A DNA stretch of 64,000 nt from an uncultured Bacilli bacterium (lineage in GTDB: Bacteria > Bacillota_I > Bacilli_A > RF39 > UBA660), in NCBI GenBank assembly GCA_934177995.1, contig CAKPPW010000002.1, forward strand, positions 16,425 to 80,424. Direction: 5' to 3'. The position numbers and the translations under genes are program-made. Of the stretch, positions 17,238 through 25,025 are shown piece by piece. How positions within the stretch are numbered: the first letter of the stretch is position 1; every line of letters starts with the position of its first letter. The notes beneath the pieces were generated by a model. That model was not told where the DNA came from, did no database searches, and saw only the letters and a list, made by a program, of their open reading frames with translations.

Positions 17238-17714
17238 ATGAAAAAAGTAGTATTTATAATTTTGTGTATGGCAGTTTTTATGCCGTTTGCAGTTGAAGCT
17301 AAGACTTGTGAGTATGGGATGCCATCACCACCAATATACTATAATGGAAATTGGGCTTATGGACAAGTAATAAATTTTAAGACGTCAGCATCATCATGTC
17401 TAGCTGATAATATGTATGTTTATTTTAGTAATGGTAATTATTTATCCACTTTTAATTTTACCATAGAGGCTTATTTAATGGAAAAAGATAAAGATCCTAA
17501 TCCAGATGATAAAGCTAAACTATATTTTGGTTACAATTCAGGTTATAGTTTAATGAACTGGACTTTACAACAAAAATTTGATGGTAATTTAGATAGTGCT
17601 GGAGATCAAACTTGTGAGTTGTATATGAAATTTAGATTAAAAGAGCCGTTAGCACATAATAATTTTGAATACCTTGACAGCGATATGTTTAGATATACAA
17701 TATGCATGGATTAA
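17238..17714 (+). CDS. Secreted 4-Cys protein, family copy A (paralog of 25921..26421)
   Basis: ORF track 17229..; ATG 17238 after GGAGGAA; signal peptide ...AVEA|KT; conserved with the paralog: CE.G, KT.AS.C, VYFSN, YLME.D, GDQTCELYM.F, Y.ICM. Confidence 0.75.
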   Translation: MKKVVFIILCMAVFMPFAVEAKTCEYGMPSPPIYYNGNWAYGQVINFKTSASSCLADNMYVYFSNGNYLSTFNFTIEAYLMEKDKDPNPDDKAKLYFGYNSGYSLMNWTLQQKFDGNLDSAGDQTCELYMKFRLKEPLAHNNFEYLDSDMFRYTICMD

Positions 17715-18196
17715 AAAAAACTCGAAAAATTTGGATACTATTATCAATTTTATTTTTGATAATAGTATCATCATTAATTGTTTTATTCAAAAAACCAATA
17801 AATAAAATGGAAAGTAATAACTTGGATACAAATGAAAAATTTAATAAAAAGGAACAAAAAATAGTAGATGCAGCTTATAAAAAAATTGATAGTTCAGATT
17901 ATTTTGACCATTCTAATTTAAAAAAAATTGAACTAGAGAGCTTGCAATTATATGGATATTATAAATCTCAAAGCAATATTCTTTATATAAGGGTTAATTA
18001 TAATTCAGAATGTAAAGATGGTACTTATAGTTGTGATAATCTTGCTAAAGATAAATCTTATAGCTTATCAAATAATATTCCATTTTATTTTTTTATTAAA
18101 GTAGATACAAATAATTATAATCATTTAGAGATAGTTGATGGAATATCAGCCAATATAAATTCTGATTGGATATCAGATTCTAGTAAAATAGAGTAA
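17702..18196 (+). CDS. N-terminally membrane-anchored hypothetical protein, coupled to 4-Cys protein A
   Basis: Overlaps the upstream stop; TM IWILLSILFLIIVSSLIVLF. Confidence 0.65.
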   Translation: MHGLKKTRKIWILLSILFLIIVSSLIVLFKKPINKMESNNLDTNEKFNKKEQKIVDAAYKKIDSSDYFDHSNLKKIELESLQLYGYYKSQSNILYIRVNYNSECKDGTYSCDNLAKDKSYSLSNNIPFYFFIKVDTNNYNHLEIVDGISANINSDWISDSSKIE

Positions 18197-18258
18197 TATC
18201 ATCAAATAAAGCAGCAATAGAAAATAATATATTTCAAAAATTAAATTAAAAAAATATA

Positions 18259-18287
18259 TTGACTAATATTTGATTAAATGTTAATAT
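18259..18287 (+). promoter_or_regulatory. Sigma-A promoter
   Basis: TTGACT 18259-18264, 17-nt spacer, TAATAT 18282-18287. Confidence 0.6.
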
Positions 18288-18300
18288 TATTATGACAAAT

Positions 18301-18369
18301 GAATACGGTGTATTTTCGGTGTTAATTATATATAGACCTTGGTTGGTTTTTTATAGTTAACACTTTTTT
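18301..18369 (+). terminator. Conserved hairpin-terminator element, copy A (leader attenuator candidate)
   Basis: GAATACGGTGTATTTTCGGTGTTAATTA ... TTAACAC + TTTTTT; stem GTGTTAA/TTAACAC; lies about 10 nt after the predicted start site and about 210 nt before the first gene; related to copy B at 20271-20334. Confidence 0.5.
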
Positions 18370-18576
18370 ATTACCTAATATTTATTTTATATGTCCGGAC
18401 TATAAATAAAATATGGTATTTATATCTATTGTGTTCAATTGTCAATCATTTTATTTGATATTATGATTGAAACGGACTTGAATACGGTATTTTAAATCTT
18501 TCTATATATTAGATAAAAAATTTAATATTTAAGCAATTTTTTAATATTCTAACAAAAGCAGCAACAGGAGATCCAT

Positions 18577-18792
18577 ATGTATACAATGTACGAACCTACA
18601 GGGAATATAATAGGTTATATTCAACCTCATGATTTCTATGTTAGATATCTGGTTAGTAGCCCTAGTATGGATAATGTTCATAGAGTTGTGTTTAATGATG
18701 GTAAAGATGTTAAAATAGGTTATATAAGAGAACAGTATGTTTTACCTAGTATGACTTTAAATCCTACTGATGATGAAGCAGTAAAAGCATAA
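18577..18792 (+). CDS. Hypothetical 71-aa protein (5' part of an ORF split by one in-frame TAA)
   Basis: SD ACAGGAGAT; same frame as 18796..19131, separated only by TAA-ATA. Confidence 0.5.
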   Translation: MYTMYEPTGNIIGYIQPHDFYVRYLVSSPSMDNVHRVVFNDGKDVKIGYIREQYVLPSMTLNPTDDEAVKA

Positions 18793-18795
18793 ATA

Positions 18796-19131
18796 TTGGT
18801 AGGTTATGAACCATTCACTTGTGTAGAATATGATCAAGCTTCTGATGAATATATACTGCATAAATGGAAAGATACACCATCAAGAGAAATCTATATTAAT
18901 AAACTAGTCCCTTATTTTAATGCCCAATGGTCTTATGTAGGGATGCTTAATAAAGGTGATTATATAAAAATAAATAGAGGTAATTTTATTAATCCAGGGT
19001 ACACAAGACCATGGACAAATCGTATAGATGGAATTAAGAAAAAAGGTAGTATTTCATTTACTAGTTTTTCTGGTTATGCAATTATTGGAATTGAGTACGC
19101 TAGTCAAGGATATGAAAGAGCTTGGTATTAG
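18796..19131 (+). CDS. Hypothetical 111-aa protein (3' part of the split ORF)
   Basis: TTG start with no SD of its own; N-terminus GYEPFTCVEY echoes YEPTGNIIGY of the upstream part. Confidence 0.45.
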   Translation: MVGYEPFTCVEYDQASDEYILHKWKDTPSREIYINKLVPYFNAQWSYVGMLNKGDYIKINRGNFINPGYTRPWTNRIDGIKKKGSISFTSFSGYAIIGIEYASQGYERAWY

Positions 19132-19219
19132 AAAACTATCATTAGATATTATCAAGTATAATATAATATGATATAATAGTTTTGGTGATTAAGCTGAAAA
19201 TATAATTATACTTTTACTT

Positions 19220-19414
19220 TTGATATTATGTGTATGTGGATGTGAAAATAACAATCAATATACAGATTTTAAACATTATGATTTAAGGAATTATGATATT
19301 ACTAATAAATATTCCTATGTAGATGATGATTATATATATTATAATGGAAGTACTAGTATTTCTAGTTCAATTGAAGTTGTCAAATGTTCTAGAAATAGTT
19401 ATAAATGTCAATAA
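19220..19414 (+). CDS. Small Cys-rich, possibly lipoprotein-like peptide; start unclear
   Basis: Frame open from 19193 (AENIIILLLLILCVCGCENN...). TTG 19220 gives too short a signal peptide; ATA/ATT codons at 19202-19210 would give a hydrophobic leader; TGATATAAT promoter at 19168-19176. Confidence 0.3.
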   Translation: MILCVCGCENNNQYTDFKHYDLRNYDITNKYSYVDDDYIYYNGSTSISSSIEVVKCSRNSYKCQ

Positions 19415-19449
19415 TAAAATACCAAACTAAAACTATTATCATGATTAAT

Positions 19450-19485
19450 AAAGAAAATGCTTGATATGCATTTTCTTTATTTTAT
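19450..19485 (+). terminator. Rho-independent terminator
   Basis: AAAGAAAATGC-TTGATAT-GCATTTTCTTT followed by a T-rich tail. Confidence 0.7.
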
Positions 19486-19497
19486 TTATAGGCGAGG

Positions 19498-20256
19498 ATG
19501 GTGATTAAAATTAAACTTGTAACTAAAATATTTAAAAGAAATGATTGGTATGTAACTTCACCTTTTGGAAGTAGAAATCCAATTAAAACTAAAAAAGGTA
19601 TAACCACCAGCTTTCATAATGGATGCGATTATGGAACTAATGGAGAAAAGTGGGGACAATATGCTTTAGAAAATGGCAAAATTTTATCTTGTGGAATCGC
19701 TTCTGATGGAGCTAAATATATATGGGTAAATTATCCAAGAATCAATAAAAAAATTTTGCACTACCATTTAGATAGTATTTGTGTAAAAACGGGGCAAGAA
19801 GTTCATGAGGGATTATTACTTGGCTATACAGGTTCAACTGGTATGGCTACAGGAATTCATTTACATTTAGGAATGAAAAATAGTAATGGTGGAGACTATG
19901 AAGATCCACATAATTATGATTACCAGTTAAATAACATTAATCATTCTGAGACATCTAAAATGGATTTAATAAAAATTGCTTATGAAGTAATTGCAGGGAA
20001 ATATGGTAATGGAAAGACTAGAATTGATAAACTTACTAATATGGGATATAATGCAAGTGATGTTCAAAAGATAGTAAATGAAATAAAAAATAAAGAGCTA
20101 AAACGGACAAATTTTTACATAGTAAAAAAAGATGATACTCTAATAAAAATAGCTAAAAAATTTGGAACAACATGGGAAAAATTATATGAATTAAATAGAG
20201 ACATTATAGGTAATGATCCTGATTTAATTAAAATAGGTCAAATATTGAAATACTAG
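19498..20256 (+). CDS. Signal-less M23 peptidase + CW_7 (Cpl-7-like) + LysM murein hydrolase (endolysin-like)
   Basis: HNGCDYG and GSTGMATGIHLHLGM (M23 HxxxD/HxH); IAYEVIAGKYGNGKTRIDKLTNMGYNASDVQKIVNEI (CW_7-like); YIVKKDDTLIKIAKKFGTTWEKLYELN (LysM); no signal peptide. Confidence 0.8.
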   Translation: MVIKIKLVTKIFKRNDWYVTSPFGSRNPIKTKKGITTSFHNGCDYGTNGEKWGQYALENGKILSCGIASDGAKYIWVNYPRINKKILHYHLDSICVKTGQEVHEGLLLGYTGSTGMATGIHLHLGMKNSNGGDYEDPHNYDYQLNNINHSETSKMDLIKIAYEVIAGKYGNGKTRIDKLTNMGYNASDVQKIVNEIKNKELKRTNFYIVKKDDTLIKIAKKFGTTWEKLYELNRDIIGNDPDLIKIGQILKY

Positions 20257-20270
20257 TAAAAAAAATTTAT

Positions 20271-20334
20271 AATTACGGTAATTTATTCGGTGTTAATTAG
20301 TATATAATTTTTTATATTGATTAACACCTTTTTT
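20271..20334 (+). terminator. Conserved hairpin-terminator element, copy B
   Basis: AATTACGGTAATTTATTCGGTGTTAATTA...ATTAACACC + TTTTTT; 9-bp stem 20289-20297/20320-20328. Confidence 0.65.
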
Positions 20335-20389
20335 ATATTTGTTAAAGAGTAGATGTTTTAAGTCAATTTTATAAAGAGAGGGGAAGAAA

Positions 20390-20824
20390 ATGAAACAAGT
20401 TCTTGATAAAATAATTAGTTTTTTGTTATATTTTTTGCTTTTTCTATTTGGAAGTTTTGATTTTATGTTAAAAACTTTATTGTCTTTAATGTTTATAGAT
20501 TATATAACAGGTGTAAGTAGAGCATTTATTACAAAAAAGGTTAATAGCAGTATAGGAGGTAAAGGAATTATAAAAAAAGCAGTATACTTATGTGTTGTTG
20601 CAGTAGCAGTAATATTAGACAATTTATTGGAAGTAAACGGAGGTTTAAGAGCTTTAATTATATATTCATTTATTTTTAACGAAATGTTATCAATTTTAGA
20701 AAATAGTAGTGCTATGGGAATCAAAGTTCCTAATATTTTATATAAATCACTTGAAAAATTAAATAAAGATCAAAATGAAAATGATAAAGAAATAGTAAAA
20801 AGTGAAGAATCAAAGCATAAATAA
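20390..20824 (+). CDS. Holin, toxin-secretion/phage-lysis family (TcdE/UviB-type, Phage_holin_4_1)
   Basis: SD AGAGAGGGGAAG; 3 TM; LLSLMFIDYITGVSRAFITKKVNSSIGGKGIIKKAVYL and FNEMLSILENSSAMGIKVP align by eye to the conserved TcdE-family core. Confidence 0.8.
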   Translation: MKQVLDKIISFLLYFLLFLFGSFDFMLKTLLSLMFIDYITGVSRAFITKKVNSSIGGKGIIKKAVYLCVVAVAVILDNLLEVNGGLRALIIYSFIFNEMLSILENSSAMGIKVPNILYKSLEKLNKDQNENDKEIVKSEESKHK

Positions 20825-21146
20825 TGTTGCTAATACTTTAGCAGTGTATAAAAAAGTCGAATTTTATTGTATAATATCTATGATAGCAAGGCAAAAATGC
20901 CAAGTATTTATATTAAGAAATGTGATGGTGAAATAATAATAAAAAGAAACTAGTTAAGTAGTAAGAAGTAAAAAGTAGTATAATACACTTTCTATTCTTA
21001 CTGTAGATACTAGTTTATATATGCAAAAAAATTGTGTAGTATTTATTTTTTGCTTTATATGAATTGCTTTTATGGAGCGATTATTATGGAACTAGAAAAG
21101 TATTATACATATTTTTTAGTAAGAAAAGATAGTATATTAAATCATA

Positions 21147-21196
21147 AAAAGACTATATTCTTTGCTCTAAAGGCTAATAAGAAATATAGTCTTTTT
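21147..21196 (+). terminator. 13-bp-stem hairpin in the long holin-regulator intergenic region
   Basis: AAAAGACTATATT-23 nt-AATATAGTCTTTT, T-run at the 3' side and A-run at the 5' side (bidirectional type). Confidence 0.5.
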
Positions 21197-21240
21197 CAAT
21201 TTATAAAAATACTTTTTCTTAGGGCAAGAAGTCCTCCCGT

Positions 21241-21276
21241 TCCTATCAATTTAATAAAAAATTTAAATTGATAGGA
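21241..21276 (+). promoter_or_regulatory. 14-bp perfect inverted repeat overlapping the SD of the sigma-r4 regulator gene
   Basis: TCCTATCAATTTAA-TAAAAAAT-TTAAATTGATAGGA; the right arm contains the first bases of SD TAGGAGGAAG for ATG 21287. Confidence 0.55.
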
Positions 21277-21286
21277 GGAAGAAATT

Positions 21287-21763
21287 ATGGGTAAGTTCCC
21301 AAAAAGAAGAAAAAGTAAGGATAATCCGTATACACTTGGATTTGATGAAATAAAAAAGACTTATACTATTTCATTTAAAGATGTGAATAACATTATTCAA
21401 GTGATTGAAATAAATGAATTGTTATATAAAGAGTTCAATAAGTTTGAATTAGAAGATTTATCTGAAATGAATGAATATGATAATCATATTGAGCACTCAG
21501 AACTTTATGAAGAAACTTTATATAAAAGATCTTTTAATAAAGATATATCAATAGAAGACAATATTGAAACTAAATTAATGGTAGAACTATTAAACATTTT
21601 TATAGAAGAATTACCAACTATACAAAAAAATAGATTAAAAAAGTATTATATAGAACACAAAACATATGAAAAAATAGCAATAGAAGAAGGATGCACAAAA
21701 AGAGCAGTAAAATTTAGTATAGATATTGCAATTCAAAAATTATCAAAAAAATTTAAAAATTAG
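21287..21763 (+). CDS. Sigma-70 region-4-type HTH regulator (mobile-element sigma-like protein)
   Basis: C-terminal LPTIQKNRLKKYYIEHKTYEKIAIEEGCTKRAVKFSIDIAIQKLSKKF is a region-4 HTH; N-terminal KRRKSKDNPYTL motif recalls sigma-like proteins of clostridial conjugative transposons; no clear region 2. Confidence 0.55.
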   Translation: MGKFPKRRKSKDNPYTLGFDEIKKTYTISFKDVNNIIQVIEINELLYKEFNKFELEDLSEMNEYDNHIEHSELYEETLYKRSFNKDISIEDNIETKLMVELLNIFIEELPTIQKNRLKKYYIEHKTYEKIAIEEGCTKRAVKFSIDIAIQKLSKKFKN

Positions 21764-21792
21764 ACTACACAAAACATATTTAAGTTAGGAAA

Positions 21793-21824
21793 CAAGTGAA
21801 AGGGATATAATACTCTTTCACTTG
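21793..21824 (+). terminator. 10-bp-stem hairpin after the regulator gene
   Basis: CAAGTGAAAG-12 nt-CTTTCACTTG; weak T tail. Confidence 0.45.
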
Positions 21825-21884
21825 CTATCCAAAAATTTTATAAGCTAATTTTAAAAGATTTAGTGTTTAATAGTCAAAATCATA

Positions 21885-22070
21885 ATGAAAAAATTTACAG
21901 TAGAAATAAATCAACTAAAATCACTTTCTTTTGAAGTAAATGCAAAAAACAAAAAAAGTGCAAGACAAATGATTACCGATTTTATCAATAAAGTAGATTT
22001 AAACAATTTGAATTTAAATTGCTTAAAAAAAGAAAATGTTAAAGTGGTTGTAAATAGGTTAAGAAAATAA
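21885..22070 (+). CDS. Hypothetical 61-aa basic protein
   Basis: ORF track; weak SD. Confidence 0.4.
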   Translation: MKKFTVEINQLKSLSFEVNAKNKKSARQMITDFINKVDLNNLNLNCLKKENVKVVVNRLRK

Positions 22071-22088
22071 AAGAACGGAGATGAAAAA

Positions 22089-22424
22089 ATGGCATATGTA
22101 AAAAGAGTACCACCAATTAAGTTAATTCTTACAAAGAAAGAATATAACACTCTTATAGGTATTTTAACAAAAAATGTGGATGAAAATAATGATGCAACAG
22201 CTAGAGAATTATCAATTAATACTAAAGAAAAATTATTAAAATATAGTATACCACATGAATTAAATGAGAACGATGTAGAGATTGATGTAAGATTATATTT
22301 AAATGAGGCAGCAGATATTATAACTGAGTTATTATTATATAATGTAAAAAGAATTAACGAGATAAATTATTATGAAGTTTTGATAAAAGTTAGAGAATCA
22401 TTTGTAAATCATACTGACGATTAA
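22089..22424 (+). CDS. Hypothetical 111-aa protein
   Basis: SD ACGGAGATGA; no motif recognised. Confidence 0.55.
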   Translation: MAYVKRVPPIKLILTKKEYNTLIGILTKNVDENNDATARELSINTKEKLLKYSIPHELNENDVEIDVRLYLNEAADIITELLLYNVKRINEINYYEVLIKVRESFVNHTDD

Positions 22425-22523
22425 ATTAGTATTAAATCTTTTAAAAATGTAATTAAAAATTTGGAAAGCTTAGATGTACTAAAAATTTGCATTAAAAATT
22501 TAATATTTAAGGAGATGAAAAAA

Positions 22524-24947
22524 ATGGCAAATAATGAAGTAGTAGGAGATCCATATGTATTTTATACACAAAAATGGTTAAATGATACTTATGGAAATGA
22601 CAGTAGATTTAATACTGTTACAGAAAATGGTAAAACAGGATGGGCTACCATTTATGCTTTAACAAGAGCATTACAAATTGAATTAGGAATTCAATCAACA
22701 GCTGATAATTTTGGAAATGGAACACAAAAAGCATTTAAAACTCAATATCCTAATGGTGTACAGCAACAATCATCAGATGATAAAACAAAGAAGAACATTT
22801 ATGGAATCATCCAAGGAGCACTATTATGCAAAGGATATGCAATAGGTGCTAACACACCTACCTGTAATTTTTACGGAGGAACAGGTGGCGCAATAAAGAA
22901 ATTAAAAGCAGATGCAGGATTAACAGATACAAGTTCGACAGTAACATTGAATATAATGAAAGCATTATTATCAATGGATTATTTTTATTCTTATGATACA
23001 TCAACAAGAACTCAAAATATTATTAGTATGCAAAGATATCTAAATAGAAATTATGAAGCATATATTGGAATTAGACCTTGTGATGGAGTATATTCTCGTA
23101 GAACAAGTCAAGCATTGATATATGCAATTCAGGCAGAAGAGTGTATGCCTACTTCAGTAGCTAATGGTAACTGTGGACCATCTACAAAGCGTTGTCTACC
23201 AACATTATCAGTAACTGGATCATCATCAGGAACTAGTTATAAGGGACAAGCATATTCAACTGCTAGTTTAAATAAATTTAAAACTTTAGCAAATATAGCA
23301 TTATATTTTAATGGATTTGGTTCAGGAGAATTAACATCTAATTTAGACGAAAATACTATAACAAGTTTTCAAACTAAGTACTCTATTTTAGCGACTGGGA
23401 AAATAGATTATACAACATGGTTATCTCTATTAATTAGCTGTGGAGATACAGATAGAAGTGCTAGTGCATGTGATTGTGCTACTATTTTAACACCAGCAAA
23501 AGCAAAAACTTTGTATGATAATGGTTATCTTCGAGTTGGAAGATACTTATCTGGATATATTGCAAGTGGAGCAAGTAAAGCATTAACAAAAAAAGAATTG
23601 CAAATTGCTGCTGACGCAGGATTATATATTTTCCCAATTCATCAATCAAGTGCTAACAAGGTTTCATATTTTACAACTGCAAATGCAGTAAAAGATGTAG
23701 ACAGTGCTTTTGAACATGCAAATGCACTAGGTATGCCTAGTGATACTAGTATTTATTTTGCAGTCGATTGTGATCCTTTAGATACAGAAATAACCTCTAA
23801 TATTATTCCATATTTTACAACAATAAATAATATAATGAAAAGTAAGTATAATAATAAATACCCTGTTAGTATATATGGAACAAGAAATGTTTGTACGAGA
23901 GTTAGTAATAAAGGCTTAGCAAAATACAGTTTTGTTAGTGATATGTCAACAGGATTTAGTGGAAATTTAGGATTTCCTATTCCAGATAATTGGGCATTTG
24001 ACCAATTTGCAACCGTTACTGTTGGATCTGGAGATGGTAAGATTGAAATTGATAAAGATGCAATGTCTGGTAGGGATCTTGGATTAATAGGTGATTTATA
24101 TTTAAAGGATTATGGGAAGGTATATTATAATTTAGTTGATATGTATAATTTAGCATTAGATTATACTAATAACAATGAAGAAAAAAGTAATTTATTAGTT
24201 TTACAATATCTCAGAAAGGGACGCTATGGTGATACATCTATTTTTTGTGGTGATTCATTATCGGGAGATGCCTCAATTATTAAGTGGGAAATTGTAGCTG
24301 GTACTATAGACAAAGGATATTGTAATTTAGTAGACAGCAAATTATATAATTTGAATTTTGATTTTGTGGATTCATCTGTAAATCCTACTACATCACATGA
24401 TTTACCACACTTGGCAGCTACTCTAAATTCGTTGCTATACCAAATTGGAAATGATGATTTAAGAGGTTTCGATGAATTAGTTGATTGTTACTCTGGATGG
24501 GCAGGAGATACAATTTCGTATGCAGATTCAATTCAAAAAGCCGTGAAAGATGGATTAACTACTGATTATGTTAAATGGGCGAAAGATAATATTTGTACCC
24601 CAAACGAAGCACATTTTAACCTTCAAGATTATATTGATGATATTGATGCATATAATTTATACCATATGATTAAATTTAAAGGGTATACTCTGCCAGAAGC
24701 GTTTTACTTTTATTATGTTTTATCATCATTAGAAACTCATAAATATGAGTATGAGAAAAGAGCAAGCAGATTTTTAAATTATATGTCAACATCTCATTTC
24801 ATTGATCTTTGTGAGTTAATAAATTCTGATGAAACTCCTATAAAACAGTTAAAGAGAACATTAAGTAAAGCTGAACAAAAATATATTGATGCAGCAATAG
24901 ATGCATTTAAATCATTTATATTCAAGGAATATGTAGAAGGAAGATAA
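22524..24947 (+). CDS. Large signal-less murein hydrolase: PG_binding_1-type repeats + DUF1906 (Rv2525c-like glycoside-hydrolase fold) + unknown C-terminal region
   Basis: ORF track 22461..; ATG 22524 is 9 nt after GGAG. YTQKWLNDTYG...GKTGWATIYALTRALQIELGI and further PG-binding-like repeats; DUF1906-like LYDNGYLRVGRYLSG...GLYIFPIHQSS...IYFAVDCDP...IYGTRNVC; last ~290 aa unassigned; N-terminus MANNEVVGDPYVF has no signal peptide. Confidence 0.7.
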   Translation: MANNEVVGDPYVFYTQKWLNDTYGNDSRFNTVTENGKTGWATIYALTRALQIELGIQSTADNFGNGTQKAFKTQYPNGVQQQSSDDKTKKNIYGIIQGALLCKGYAIGANTPTCNFYGGTGGAIKKLKADAGLTDTSSTVTLNIMKALLSMDYFYSYDTSTRTQNIISMQRYLNRNYEAYIGIRPCDGVYSRRTSQALIYAIQAEECMPTSVANGNCGPSTKRCLPTLSVTGSSSGTSYKGQAYSTASLNKFKTLANIALYFNGFGSGELTSNLDENTITSFQTKYSILATGKIDYTTWLSLLISCGDTDRSASACDCATILTPAKAKTLYDNGYLRVGRYLSGYIASGASKALTKKELQIAADAGLYIFPIHQSSANKVSYFTTANAVKDVDSAFEHANALGMPSDTSIYFAVDCDPLDTEITSNIIPYFTTINNIMKSKYNNKYPVSIYGTRNVCTRVSNKGLAKYSFVSDMSTGFSGNLGFPIPDNWAFDQFATVTVGSGDGKIEIDKDAMSGRDLGLIGDLYLKDYGKVYYNLVDMYNLALDYTNNNEEKSNLLVLQYLRKGRYGDTSIFCGDSLSGDASIIKWEIVAGTIDKGYCNLVDSKLYNLNFDFVDSSVNPTTSHDLPHLAATLNSLLYQIGNDDLRGFDELVDCYSGWAGDTISYADSIQKAVKDGLTTDYVKWAKDNICTPNEAHFNLQDYIDDIDAYNLYHMIKFKGYTLPEAFYFYYVLSSLETHKYEYEKRASRFLNYMSTSHFIDLCELINSDETPIKQLKRTLSKAEQKYIDAAIDAFKSFIFKEYVEGR

Positions 24948-24960
24948 AATATAACTAAGG

Positions 24961-24998
24961 ATAGTTAATTGATTAAATTAATCAATTAACTATTTTTT
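24961..24998 (+). terminator. Strong rho-independent terminator
   Basis: ATAGTTAATTGATTAA-A-TTAATCAATTAACTAT perfect palindrome followed by TTTTTT. Confidence 0.8.
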
Positions 24999-25025
24999 AT
25001 GGTATAATATTAGTGGTGAGCAATT

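Noticed and set aside
21032-21271. 79-aa ORF in the holin-regulator intergenic region
   Set aside because: It has no SD and runs through a 13-bp-stem hairpin and the SD-occluding palindrome, and its composition is atypical. I treat the region as regulatory or non-coding RNA.
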